DNA of 64,000 bases from positions 27,738 to 91,737 of the forward strand of contig JALONG010000011.1 of the NCBI GenBank assembly GCA_025455065.1, read 5' to 3'. This document shows, one piece after another, positions 7,826-16,991 of this stretch (within the stretch, counting starts at the first letter, position 1; every line of letters begins with the position of its first letter). Made by a program: the position numbers and the translations under genes. The notes beneath the pieces were generated by a model. That model saw nothing but the letters and a program-made list of their open reading frames with translations, did no database searches and was not told the origin of the DNA. The stretch is from Candidatus Kapaibacterium sp. (GTDB lineage: Bacteria > Bacteroidota > Ignavibacteria > Kapaibacteriales > UBA4661).

Positions 7826-9856
7826 ATGTACATTTCCCTGTCTCCGTCGTTTTGCAAAAGCCTTATCGTGCTTTCTTGCGGCGTGTTTCTACAAGCCACG
7901 TCATTACTTGGTTTCCAGCAAAATCTTGATTCGCTGAAATCGCTTGTTACTTCAAAGAAACCCATGCAAGACACAATCACCATTGCGATTTTGAATACTC
8001 TTGCTCAAGAATACCGCTCTCGCAATGCAGATTCTTCCTTAAAGTACGCTCACGAAGCACTTGATCGCTCTGAAAATATCGGTTATCAAAAAGGACTTGG
8101 TACAGCACTTATCAACTTAGGCAATGTTTATCGGAATTTAGGCGATTACAACCGTGCGCTGGGCTTTTTACAACGCGCTCTGACTGTGGGCGAACAGGCA
8201 AGAAGTAACACGCTTATCGGTCAGGCATGGAATGGCATGGGCATTGTGTATGTGCGGCAAGGCAGCCTAGACCGCGCTTTGGATGCGCTTTTGAAGGCAT
8301 TGCGTATTTCCGAACAGCTTCACGATGCTCGCGGAGCGGCATCAGCACTGGATAATTTAGGAATTGTGCATATTCGCCAAGGCAATACGGTACGGGCTTT
8401 TCAAGCACTTTTTCGTGCATTGCATTTGACCGACTCCATTCACGATAAACGCTTGCGCTCTATTGTTTTGAATGACCTTGGCATTGCATATCGAACAGAA
8501 AAGAAATTCGATAGCGCACTGGTGGTCTATCGGCAATCGCTGGCACTCAAAGAGACACTCAAAGACAAGCAAGGAAGCGCACTTGCGCTCAACGGCATGG
8601 GCATTGTTTTTCGTTTGCAGGAACGCTATGACAGTGCGTTGGTATTTTTCACCCGCGCCTTGCAGTTGCAAGAAGAACTTGCCTTTCAACCCGGCATGGC
8701 GACTGCTCTCAGTGATATTGCGCAGACATACTCTCAACTTGGCAATGCCAAAGAAGCAATTCGCTATGCAGAGCGCTGTATTTCCGTGGCAAGAGGTATT
8801 GGTGCAAAAGTAGATTTACGCAGCGCTTACCAAACACTGGCAGAAGTCCATGAACGCCAAAAGAACACGAACCTTGCTTTTGTGTATTTTCGCCTTTATA
8901 CAGCTATCAAAGATTCTATTTTTAACGAAGAAGTGGCACGCAAAACCGCCGACCTTAATTCGCACTATGAACAGGAGGCGCAGGAACAGCGTATTCAACT
9001 ATTGGAGCGGGAAAAGCAAGTACAGACGCTTGAATTAGAGCGCCGTACCCTGCTTATTTACGGACTTTTGGCGGTGGGGCTTTTGACGATTGCGCTTGTC
9101 GGTGCGCTTTGGAGTAGAATTCGGTATCGAAAGCGTGTACAAGCGGAATTGCAAGCAAAAAATTACGAACTCGCAGCCGCACATCAAGAATCCGAAGACC
9201 TTCTTCGGAACACGCTTCCCGCCTCAATTGTAGAGCGTTTGAAACGCGGTGAAGGTGTCATTGCCGACCGATTCGATTCAGTAACGGTACTGTTTGCCGA
9301 TATTGTCGGGTTTTCGGCTATTACCGCCGCCATGCCTCCGGAAGATCTTGTAACCTTGCTGGACAGCATTTTTTCGGATATTGACGCAATCGCCACCACG
9401 CATAGTTTGGAAAAAATCAAGACGGTCGGCGATTCGTATATGCTCGTGGGTGGTGCGCCGGAGCGCTCGGAAGACCATTGTTTACGTGTTGTACGGGCGG
9501 CGTTTGCGATTCAAAATGCCGTTTCGCGTACCGCACTTGGTATGGGAATGACGATGAATGTTCGCATCGGTATTCACACGGGGGCAGTTGTGGCAGGCGT
9601 TATCGGGGCAAAAAAGTTTTCTTACGACCTTTGGGGCGACACGGTAAACATCGCCAGCCGCATGGAATTTCACGGCGAAGCAGGAAAAATTCACTGCACC
9701 GAAACGGTGTACGACATCGTACAAAGTGCCGTAAAACCTGATTCTACTGAACATCAAACTGAACATCAAACGAGATACACCATTGAAAAGCGTGAACCGA
9801 TTGAGGTTAAAGGAAAAGGTTTGATGCAAACCTATTATTTGCTTCAACAAGAATAA
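7826..9856 (+). CDS. TPR-repeat, transmembrane class III adenylate/guanylate cyclase.
   Basis: N-terminal hydrophobic segment, multiple TPR repeats, a TM helix (LLIYGLLAVGLLTIALVGALW), then a cyclase homology domain (VTVLFADIVGFS...KTVGDSYMLVGG...IGIHTGAVVAGVIG...YDLWGDTVNIASRME). The track start at 7808 is TTG; the first ATG is at 7826. Confidence 0.8.
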   Translation: MYISLSPSFCKSLIVLSCGVFLQATSLLGFQQNLDSLKSLVTSKKPMQDTITIAILNTLAQEYRSRNADSSLKYAHEALDRSENIGYQKGLGTALINLGNVYRNLGDYNRALGFLQRALTVGEQARSNTLIGQAWNGMGIVYVRQGSLDRALDALLKALRISEQLHDARGAASALDNLGIVHIRQGNTVRAFQALFRALHLTDSIHDKRLRSIVLNDLGIAYRTEKKFDSALVVYRQSLALKETLKDKQGSALALNGMGIVFRLQERYDSALVFFTRALQLQEELAFQPGMATALSDIAQTYSQLGNAKEAIRYAERCISVARGIGAKVDLRSAYQTLAEVHERQKNTNLAFVYFRLYTAIKDSIFNEEVARKTADLNSHYEQEAQEQRIQLLEREKQVQTLELERRTLLIYGLLAVGLLTIALVGALWSRIRYRKRVQAELQAKNYELAAAHQESEDLLRNTLPASIVERLKRGEGVIADRFDSVTVLFADIVGFSAITAAMPPEDLVTLLDSIFSDIDAIATTHSLEKIKTVGDSYMLVGGAPERSEDHCLRVVRAAFAIQNAVSRTALGMGMTMNVRIGIHTGAVVAGVIGAKKFSYDLWGDTVNIASRMEFHGEAGKIHCTETVYDIVQSAVKPDSTEHQTEHQTRYTIEKREPIEVKGKGLMQTYYLLQQE

Positions 9857-9933
9857 GTCCGGCAAGGCATTTCCTTGTGAAATCTAGTTGTCCAATTTTT
9901 TCTGACACTGCCAGCTTCGTTATAGCGCCAAAA

Positions 9934-9972
9934 AGCCTGATTGTTATTCGCAATGCGAGTAATAATCAGGCT
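9934..9972. terminator. Hairpin between the convergent cyclase and E1 genes. It is a candidate bidirectional terminator.
   Basis: AGCCTGATTGTTATT ... TAATAATCAGGCT imperfect inverted repeat of about 13 bp, with A-run and T-run flanks. Confidence 0.35.
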
Positions 9973-9996
9973 TGTAAGCTATTTCAGTTTCGCAAT

Positions 9997-12186
9997 TTAA
10001 TACCGCATAATCTTTCGTGCAGCCTCAGCGATTTTATCGGCAGAAATCAAAATATCCATTTCCAACACCTTTGCAAAGCCCACCGGAATATCCTTCGAGG
10101 CAACACGCCCGACCGGAGCATCCAGATAACGGAAGAGTTCTTCTTGAATAGAAGCCGCAATTTCACCGCCAAAGCCACCGTTACGGTAGTGTTCATGCGC
10201 TACAAGCGCACGGCTGGTGCGTTTGACAGATTCAAAAACCATTTGTTTGTCCCAAGGCGCAAGCGAGCGCAAGTCAATCACTTCCGCGTTGATGCCTTCC
10301 GCAGCAAGTTTTTCTGCGGCTTGCAAGCTAAGATGAATAGCATTGCCGTAAGAAATAATCGTCATGTCGGTTCCGGGACGGCGAATTTTCGCTTTGCCGA
10401 AAGGAATCATAAAATCTTCGTCCGGAATAGAAGTCGAGGTAGGGCGGTAGTTGTAGAGGAACTTCGGTTCGATATACACCGTCAAACCTTTGGAACGAAG
10501 CGCATGGCGCATCAATCCTACAGCGTCATCGGCAAATGCCGGACACACTACCCGTGCGCCCGGAAGGTGTGCAAACACTGCATCAAGATTTTGCGAATGG
10601 TATAAACCACCTTGAATAAAGCCGCCGCTAGCAAGGCGAATCACCATGTTGGGCGAATACTGCCCTTTGGTACGCCAGTATTCATGAGTACATTCAACAT
10701 ATGCTTCCATTGCGGGCCAAAAATAATCGGCAAATTCTGCACCTTCGACCACAACACGAATGTCGTCACGATAACGACAGAAACCGTTCGCCGTACCGAC
10801 GATAAAATCTTCCGCAATCGGCGCATTAAATACGCGCTCGTTGCCAAATTCCGTCATCAAACCCTTCGGAACGTTGAAAATACCTTGCTTTTCTTTGGAA
10901 GCAACATCTTGTCCCCAAAGAAACGTATTCGGATTGCGGCGAAACTCCGTGCGCATCCCCAAGTTAATTCCTTCGCGGAAAGTAATTTGCGGTGCATTCG
11001 GGTCGCTGACAAAGGTGTCATCGTGGTTGTAGCCGACAAGCGGGTCGGGAATGAGAAACATCTCATTTTCTGCGGGGTCGGGTATCGGGAGCGGCTCTAC
11101 GCGGTCTGCGGCAGCAAAAATCTCTTCTTTGTTTTTCGCTTCCATTTCTACAAGCTGCTCTTCGGTCATATAGCCTTTTTCCAGCACCGTAGCTCTCATG
11201 CGGGCTAGCGGGTCGCGTGTCCACATTTCGGCGATTTCTTCTTTGGTGCGGTAAAGTTCGTGATTGTCAGAATTGGAGTGCGAAAGAAGGCGGTCGCACT
11301 CGGCATGAACCATCGCAGCGCCTTCGCCGGAAAGCACGTAATCACGTGCTTCTTCGAGTGCGCGGAAGGATGCAAAAGGGTCACGCCCGTCGCAGTTGAT
11401 GATTTTGAAATTCGCAAAACCCCTGAAATTGTCGGAAACACGCAAGTTTGCGGTTTGTTCACGGAGTGGCACGGAAATACCGAAACCGTTGTTTTGAATA
11501 ACAAAAATCACGGGAAGTTTCTCGCGGCTCGCACCATTCACTGCTTCGTAAAAATAGCCTTCGGAGCAGGCAGAATCACCCCCGGAATAAATCACAAATT
11601 CATCGCCTTTGTATTTTTTAATAGCTCGTGCCGTTCCTGCCGCCATTTGCGAGTGATTACCCGTAAGCGCAGAACGGTTCTGGATGCCAAGCGGAATTTT
11701 CGCAAAGTGATTCGACATATTCCGTCCGCCGCTCGACACATCGGCAGCTTTGCTCAGACCGTTCATGATGATTTCATCCGGCGTGATTCCTGCTGCCATA
11801 CAGGAGAGAAAATCGCGGTAATACGGGTAGAAATAATCTTTGCCCTGACGGAAAATTTTCCCGATAGCAATTTGGATTCCCTCGTGTCCGGCGCACGGAG
11901 CGTGATACGACCAGCCTTTGGCAAGTTTCAGATAATTCGCGGCTTTCTCATCCAATTTGCGCCCCAAGTGCATAAGGCGATACCATTCAACAACGGTTTC
12001 TTTGTCAAAGCCCTTCGTGTCGAAGGTGTAGCCTTTCGGATGCTTCGTTGCAGTCGCGGTGGCATTGCCGGAAGAGCCGTTTGATGCGGGTACATGACCG
12101 TTTGCGCCATTGGCACTGGCGTTTGCTGCTTTGGGAACGGGTTTATTCGATTTCGCCGCTACCGGAGCGGATTTTTTCGATGCCAT
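9997..12186 (-). CDS. Fused alpha/beta thiamine-diphosphate-dependent 2-oxoacid dehydrogenase E1 component (pyruvate / branched-chain 2-oxoacid dehydrogenase E1).
   Basis: The N-terminal half matches E1 alpha (TPP-binding; GDGA-type region, YRDFL..). The C-terminal half matches E1 beta, the transketolase-like pyrimidine and C-terminal domains (...MTIISYGNAIHLSLQAAEKLAAEGINAEVIDLRSLAPWD). The likely start is MASKKSAP at 12186, with an Ala/Asn/Ser-rich low-complexity N-terminus. The track ORF extends to 12300. Confidence 0.85.
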   Translation of the reverse strand: MASKKSAPVAAKSNKPVPKAANASANGANGHVPASNGSSGNATATATKHPKGYTFDTKGFDKETVVEWYRLMHLGRKLDEKAANYLKLAKGWSYHAPCAGHEGIQIAIGKIFRQGKDYFYPYYRDFLSCMAAGITPDEIIMNGLSKAADVSSGGRNMSNHFAKIPLGIQNRSALTGNHSQMAAGTARAIKKYKGDEFVIYSGGDSACSEGYFYEAVNGASREKLPVIFVIQNNGFGISVPLREQTANLRVSDNFRGFANFKIINCDGRDPFASFRALEEARDYVLSGEGAAMVHAECDRLLSHSNSDNHELYRTKEEIAEMWTRDPLARMRATVLEKGYMTEEQLVEMEAKNKEEIFAAADRVEPLPIPDPAENEMFLIPDPLVGYNHDDTFVSDPNAPQITFREGINLGMRTEFRRNPNTFLWGQDVASKEKQGIFNVPKGLMTEFGNERVFNAPIAEDFIVGTANGFCRYRDDIRVVVEGAEFADYFWPAMEAYVECTHEYWRTKGQYSPNMVIRLASGGFIQGGLYHSQNLDAVFAHLPGARVVCPAFADDAVGLMRHALRSKGLTVYIEPKFLYNYRPTSTSIPDEDFMIPFGKAKIRRPGTDMTIISYGNAIHLSLQAAEKLAAEGINAEVIDLRSLAPWDKQMVFESVKRTSRALVAHEHYRNGGFGGEIAASIQEELFRYLDAPVGRVASKDIPVGFAKVLEMDILISADKIAEAARKIMRY

Positions 12187-12329
12187 AGAGAAAACTCCTA
12201 CGCTAAAAACGTGAAGAAAAAAGATTTGTCGTGAACAAGATTTATCGTGGACATGGTTTTGGGTGAATTTGGAATACAAGGTAAAATGGCGAGGTAGCAA
12301 ACGCGAGGCTGACTCCTAAGATTCTTCCC

Positions 12330-12473
12330 GTAGCACAGACATTCTTGTCTGTGTCCGAAATGAGCGGAGCGAATAATCTTCAAAGCCAGTCTTCACACTG
12401 CTTTTGGTTATTACTGCTTTCGGAAATTATGCCTAGCGGCATACAAGGACACAGACAAGAATGTCTGTGCTAC
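12330..12473. repeat. MITE-like element. Two perfect 27-bp inverted repeats, GTAGCACAGACATTCTTGTCTGTGTCC and GGACACAGACAAGAATGTCTGTGCTAC, flank about 90 bp. Each arm is itself a palindromic hairpin: CACAGACA-nnnn-TGTCTGTG.
   Basis: The exact reverse-complement match is seen directly. It lies in the 535-bp leader upstream of thrA. A third, diverged copy of the arm is at 37967-37992. Confidence 0.7.
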
Positions 12474-12834
12474 AAGAAATCTGCGATACAGAAAATTGTC
12501 CACTTGTTTTTTGCCAATTCCCAGAACACAACACCGAAGCGGCTTCGCGGAAAATATATCTCATCTTCCTGAACAAGGCATATTACCTGTGCATTTTACC
12601 TACTGAAGTCGGTAAATTACAAAATATTCATTAAAAACCTTCACCGAGTGCAAGTGTTTTTTTGCTGTTTCAGGGAATAGGCAAAAATAACAGATAATTT
12701 TTCTCACCAACAATTCACCAAATTTTTCGTATTTTCTCTGTTTCGTGTGTTTGCAACAAAAATCTCCCTTCAGAGAGAGCGAGAAGGCTTGCAGCACCGC
12801 TTAAATACTCGTTTTTCACTCTTTTTTTCTCTCA

Positions 12835-15300
12835 ATGGTTGTTCTCAAATTCGGCGGCTCTTCCGTTGGCACACCGGAGCGCGTCAATAGTGTTATCGCA
12901 ATTTCTGTTCAATCTCAGAAAAAACATGGTCGTATTGCTGTTGTCGTATCAGCGTTTTCCGGCATTACCGACCAACTTATCAAAACCGCGAAACTCGCCT
13001 CCAACGGCGACACCGCATACAGCAACGAGTTTGACGATATTTACCGTCGCCATATCACCGCACTCGAAACGCTGTTTTCCACCGAAAACACCGACAAAAG
13101 CGGCTTAGACACGGTGCGCAAAGAAGTCGAAGCGATTTTGATGGAATTGCGCGGACTTCTGCACGGCATTTTCCTCATTCGTGAACTTTCCAAACGGACG
13201 CTTGATTATGTGTGCAGTTTCGGTGAGCGCCTTTCCGCATTTATCATTGCCCGGACGATGTCTGCTCGCAAGGTTCACGCGGAATTTTTGGATGCTCGTA
13301 CACTCATCAAAACTAATGACGAATTTACCTCTGCAAAAGTGGATTTCCCCACCACCAATGCAAACGTGCAGAAATACTTCGCTGAAAACGAGGCGCTGAA
13401 CGTCATCACGGGTTTTATCGGCTCGACAAGCGACGGACAAACAACCACGCTGGGGCGCGGTGGTTCGGATTACACCGCAGCAATCATTGGCGCTGCGCTG
13501 ACGGCAAAGGATATTGAAATTTGGACGGATGTGGATGGCGTAATGACCGCAGACCCGCGCAAAGTCAAGAACGCTTGCACATTGGAACGCCTCACCTACG
13601 AAGAAGCGATGGAATTATCGCACTTCGGCGCAAAGGTGATTTATCCGCCGACCATACAACCCGCATTCGACCTTGGTATTCCACTTTGGATTAAAAACAC
13701 GTTTAATCCCGAATTTCCCGGAACACTCATTGACCGCGACGGCGACACGAGTTCTGCGCTGCCGATTAAGGGCATTTCGTCCATTAAAGAAATCACGCTC
13801 ATTTCGCTCGAAGGAAGCGGTATGGTGGGCGTTGTCGGCGTGGCGCACAGACTTTTTAGCGCCCTTGCGCGGGAGCGGGTGAACGTGATAATGATTACGC
13901 AGGCTTCGTCGGAACATTCGATTTGTATTGCGGTGGAGCCGAATCTGGCTGACAGCGCCGCCCGTGCTATCAACGAGGAATTTACTTACGAGATGAACGT
14001 AACGCGGCAAATTAACGCTGTGAAAGTAGAGAAAAATCTTTCGGTGATTGCGGTTGTGGGTAGCAAAATGCGCCACACGCCGGGCATTGCGGGGAAAGTC
14101 TTTCAAGCACTGGGGCGCAACGGCGTGAATGTACGCGCCATTGCGCAGGGTTCGTCGGAACTGAATATTTCGATAATTGTGGATGCAGCGCACGAAAGCA
14201 AGGCAATAAGCGCCATTCACAACAATTTCTTTTTGGCTTCCTCGAAAACACTGCATTTGTTCATCATCGGCACAGGCTTAATCGGTAAAGAACTTCTCAA
14301 GCAAATGCAGCAACAGCGCGAGTTTTTGATGAAAACACGCGGTTTGGAACTGAAACTTATCGGCATTGCCAACAGCGCAACAATGCTTTTTAACGAAGAC
14401 GGTATCAATACCGAAAAGTGGTCAGAAGCGCTTGAATCCTCGCAAAGCAGCATGGAAACCCGTGCATTTTTGGAGCAGATGAAAGCGCTCAGTTTGCCGA
14501 ACAAAGTGTTTGTAGATAATACCACCAGCGAAACGATTGCGGCGCTCTACGAAGAAATTCTTCAAAATAGCATTGCGATTGTTACACCGAACAAAAAAGC
14601 AAATACCGGCTCCTATGCTCAATACAACGCCATGCGTGAAGCGGCTCTGAAAGCAAACGCGGGACTGTTTTACGAAACCAATGTCGGCGGTGGGCTTCCG
14701 GTGATTGACACGCTGCGCGGCTTGGTGGGAAGCGGCGACACAGTGCATAGAATCGAAGCAATCTGCTCCGGTACGCTGTCGTATGTCTTCAACACCTTCA
14801 CCGAAGGCAAACGTTTCAGCGACGTTATCAAAGAAGCACGGGAAAAGGGCTTCACCGAGCCGGACCCGCGTGATGATTTGGGTGGAACGGATGTGGCGCG
14901 GAAACTTCTCATTTTGGCACGGGAAATCGGCTTAAACCTTGAACTGAGCGATATTGCCGTAGAAAATCTTGTGCCTGCATCCTGCGCCAAAGCTGCATCG
15001 GTGGAAGAATTTTTTACCGCGTTGGCGAAGGAAGATGAAACATTCGAGAAACGTCGCACGGAAGCCGCTAAAGCGGGAAAAGTGTTGCGCTATGTGGCAA
15101 CATTGAGCAATGGCAAAGGCAGCGCAAAACTTGAGGCGGTAGATGCCACGCATCCATTCTTCAGTTTGAACGCAACTGATAACAAATTCGCCATTACAAG
15201 CGAGTATTACTCGACAACACCACTTGTGATTCAAGGTCCGGGCGCGGGGGCGAAAGTAACGGCCTCAGGTGTTTTGGCAGATATTTTGCGGACGGCGTAA
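12835..15300 (+). CDS. thrA: Bifunctional aspartokinase / homoserine dehydrogenase.
   Basis: Aspartokinase N-terminus MVVLKFGGSSVG, ACT regulatory domains, and C-terminal homoserine dehydrogenase (LIGTGLIGKELL... NAD-binding). Size is 821 aa. Confidence 0.9.
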   Translation: MVVLKFGGSSVGTPERVNSVIAISVQSQKKHGRIAVVVSAFSGITDQLIKTAKLASNGDTAYSNEFDDIYRRHITALETLFSTENTDKSGLDTVRKEVEAILMELRGLLHGIFLIRELSKRTLDYVCSFGERLSAFIIARTMSARKVHAEFLDARTLIKTNDEFTSAKVDFPTTNANVQKYFAENEALNVITGFIGSTSDGQTTTLGRGGSDYTAAIIGAALTAKDIEIWTDVDGVMTADPRKVKNACTLERLTYEEAMELSHFGAKVIYPPTIQPAFDLGIPLWIKNTFNPEFPGTLIDRDGDTSSALPIKGISSIKEITLISLEGSGMVGVVGVAHRLFSALARERVNVIMITQASSEHSICIAVEPNLADSAARAINEEFTYEMNVTRQINAVKVEKNLSVIAVVGSKMRHTPGIAGKVFQALGRNGVNVRAIAQGSSELNISIIVDAAHESKAISAIHNNFFLASSKTLHLFIIGTGLIGKELLKQMQQQREFLMKTRGLELKLIGIANSATMLFNEDGINTEKWSEALESSQSSMETRAFLEQMKALSLPNKVFVDNTTSETIAALYEEILQNSIAIVTPNKKANTGSYAQYNAMREAALKANAGLFYETNVGGGLPVIDTLRGLVGSGDTVHRIEAICSGTLSYVFNTFTEGKRFSDVIKEAREKGFTEPDPRDDLGGTDVARKLLILAREIGLNLELSDIAVENLVPASCAKAASVEEFFTALAKEDETFEKRRTEAAKAGKVLRYVATLSNGKGSAKLEAVDATHPFFSLNATDNKFAITSEYYSTTPLVIQGPGAGAKVTASGVLADILRTA

Positions 15301-15328
15301 AACCTGATTATTCTGCGTAAATAAATGA

Positions 15329-15365
15329 CAAGGGCTTCATCACAAATGTTGTGGTGAAGCCCTTG
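15329..15365 (+). terminator. Strong hairpin downstream of thrA (CAAGGGCTTCATCACAA / TTGTGGTGAAGCCCTTG). There is no clear U-tract.
   Basis: 17-bp stem with one mismatch and a 3-nt loop, 29 nt after the stop codon. Confidence 0.4.
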
Positions 15366-15507
15366 TTGTAGAGTATGGCTTCTCTGGTTACAAAGGGTAA
15401 TAAAAAGAATTTTTGTTAAAAAAGAAAGTGTATTTTTCTGAAAGCCGTAAAGGTTGTAAATTAGTAGTCTTTGCAACAACTCTGTTCCAGCTTTCAAGGA
15501 CAAACCG

Positions 15508-16512
15508 TTGAATTCATCTCCACAATCCCCCCCGAAAACTTTTCTCATCACCGGCGGCGCGGGCTTTATCGGTTCGCATTTGTCGAAATATCTGCTTGAG
15601 CGCGGTCATACCGTCTTTGCGCTCGATAATCTTTCCACCGGCACGATGGACAATATCACCGACATCCGCTCTAATCCTGCCTTCCAAAGCCGTTTTCACT
15701 TCGTCCGCGACGACATTATGAACGAAATGGTGCTAGACCGCATCACGTCTCAAGTGGATATTGTCGTGCATTTGGCGGCAGCAGTCGGTGTGCAGCTTAT
15801 CGTCGAAAAGCCCGTCCATACGATTGAAACCAACATCATGGGCAGCGAAATTGTTCTCAAAACCGCTCTGCGTTATGGTTGCCGCGTTATGCTCGCAAGC
15901 ACATCAGAAGTCTATGGCAAAGGCGTAAAAATTCCATTCAATGAAAACGACGACGTGCTGCTGGGAAACACCGGGAAATCACGCTGGGCGTATGCTGCCA
16001 GCAAGATGATTGATGAGTTTTTGGGCTTGGCGTATTACCAAGAATACGGCTTGCAAGTTGTTCCTTTCCGCCTTTTCAACACCGTCGGAGCGCGTCAAAC
16101 TGGGCGCTACGGCATGGTGATTCCACGCTTTGTGCAACAAGCGCTTCGCGGTGAACCGATTCGCGTCTTTGGCGACGGCACACAAAGCCGTTGTTTCTGC
16201 GATGTACGCGATGTTGTCGGTGCGATTTACGGTTTGTCTTTGCACGAGCAGGCTCCCGGCACACTCTTCAACGTTGGCAGCAACGAGGAAGTCAGCATTA
16301 TGGATTTGGCAAAGCGTGTTAAAGCGCTTTCAGGAAGTTCTTCGGATATTGTACTAATTCCGTATTCGGAAGCGTATCCGCCCGGTTTTGAAGATATGCA
16401 GCGCCGGATGCCGGATTCGTCACGTATTCACAGCCTTATCGGTTGGCAACCGACACATTCGCTGGATGAAATTTTGCAGAGCGTGATAGCGTTTGAGCGG
16501 GCGCGTGAATGA
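15508..16512 (+). CDS. NAD-dependent epimerase/dehydratase (UDP-glucuronate decarboxylase / dTDP-glucose 4,6-dehydratase-like short-chain dehydrogenase).
   Basis: Rossmann motif ITGGAGFIGSHL and catalytic YxxxK region (YAASKMIDEF). TTG start at 15508, with no upstream ATG before the GGAGFIG motif. Confidence 0.85.
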   Translation: MNSSPQSPPKTFLITGGAGFIGSHLSKYLLERGHTVFALDNLSTGTMDNITDIRSNPAFQSRFHFVRDDIMNEMVLDRITSQVDIVVHLAAAVGVQLIVEKPVHTIETNIMGSEIVLKTALRYGCRVMLASTSEVYGKGVKIPFNENDDVLLGNTGKSRWAYAASKMIDEFLGLAYYQEYGLQVVPFRLFNTVGARQTGRYGMVIPRFVQQALRGEPIRVFGDGTQSRCFCDVRDVVGAIYGLSLHEQAPGTLFNVGSNEEVSIMDLAKRVKALSGSSSDIVLIPYSEAYPPGFEDMQRRMPDSSRIHSLIGWQPTHSLDEILQSVIAFERARE

Positions 16513-16513
16513 T

Positions 16514-16990
16514 TTTTTGACACGGATTGAAGAGGATTTCACAGATTACACGGATTTTTTTGGAATGTTTTTATGCAGCACTCAGAATTGACAGAACAGA
16601 TAATCAAAGTCTTTTATCACGTCTATAACACGCTTGGGCATGGCTTTTTGGAGAAGGTGTACCATAAGTCTATGCTGCTTGCACTACAAAAAAGTGGATT
16701 GCAATGCGAGTCCGAATACCCTTTGAACGTGTATTACGAAGGAACAGTTGTAGGCGAATTTTTTGCAGACATTATCGTTGAAAACAAAGTAATACTTGAA
16801 TTAAAGGCAGTTTCAGCTATTCATCCGGTACATGAAACGCAATTAGTAAATTATTTACGAGCATCAACAATCGAAGTAGGGTTATTGCTTAATTTCGGAA
16901 CCAGCGCTGATGTCCGTCGCAAAGTCTTGAGCAATGACCGAAAAAAATCCGTGTAATCCGTGAAATCCTCTTTAATCCGTGTCAAAAAAA
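16514..16990. mobile_element. Cassette of about 477 bp bounded by near-identical 47-bp inverted repeats, carrying a single GxxExxY gene. It is a putative miniature mobile or inserted element.
   Basis: Left arm TTTTTTGACACGGATTGAAGAGGATTTCACAGATTACACGGATTTTTT (16514-16561). Right arm AAAAAAATCCGTGTAATCCGTGAAATCCTCTTTAATCCGTGTCAAAAAAA (16941-16990). It is the reverse complement of the left arm with two substitutions, and it overlaps the stop codon of the enclosed gene. Confidence 0.45.
16573..16956 (+). CDS. GxxExxY family protein (PD-(D/E)xK superfamily).
   Basis: 127 aa with the motif GHGFLEKVYHKSM and the family-typical ELKAV...ETQLVNYL region. Confidence 0.75.
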   Translation: MQHSELTEQIIKVFYHVYNTLGHGFLEKVYHKSMLLALQKSGLQCESEYPLNVYYEGTVVGEFFADIIVENKVILELKAVSAIHPVHETQLVNYLRASTIEVGLLLNFGTSADVRRKVLSNDRKKSV

Positions 16991-16991
16991 T

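Noticed and set aside
10612-12084. Plus-strand ORFs 10612-11208 and 11260-12084.
   Set aside because: They are entirely antisense to the strongly supported E1 alpha/beta dehydrogenase gene. Their composition is Arg/Cys-rich, with no domain signatures.
12345-12572. 75-aa ORF in the thrA leader.
   Set aside because: It spans the inverted-repeat element. It has no start-codon context, no conservation signal and atypical composition. It is more likely non-coding leader sequence.
13615-15059. Minus-strand ORFs 13615-14256, 14422-14748 and 14670-15059.
   Set aside because: They are antisense to thrA, whose homology is continuous on the plus strand.
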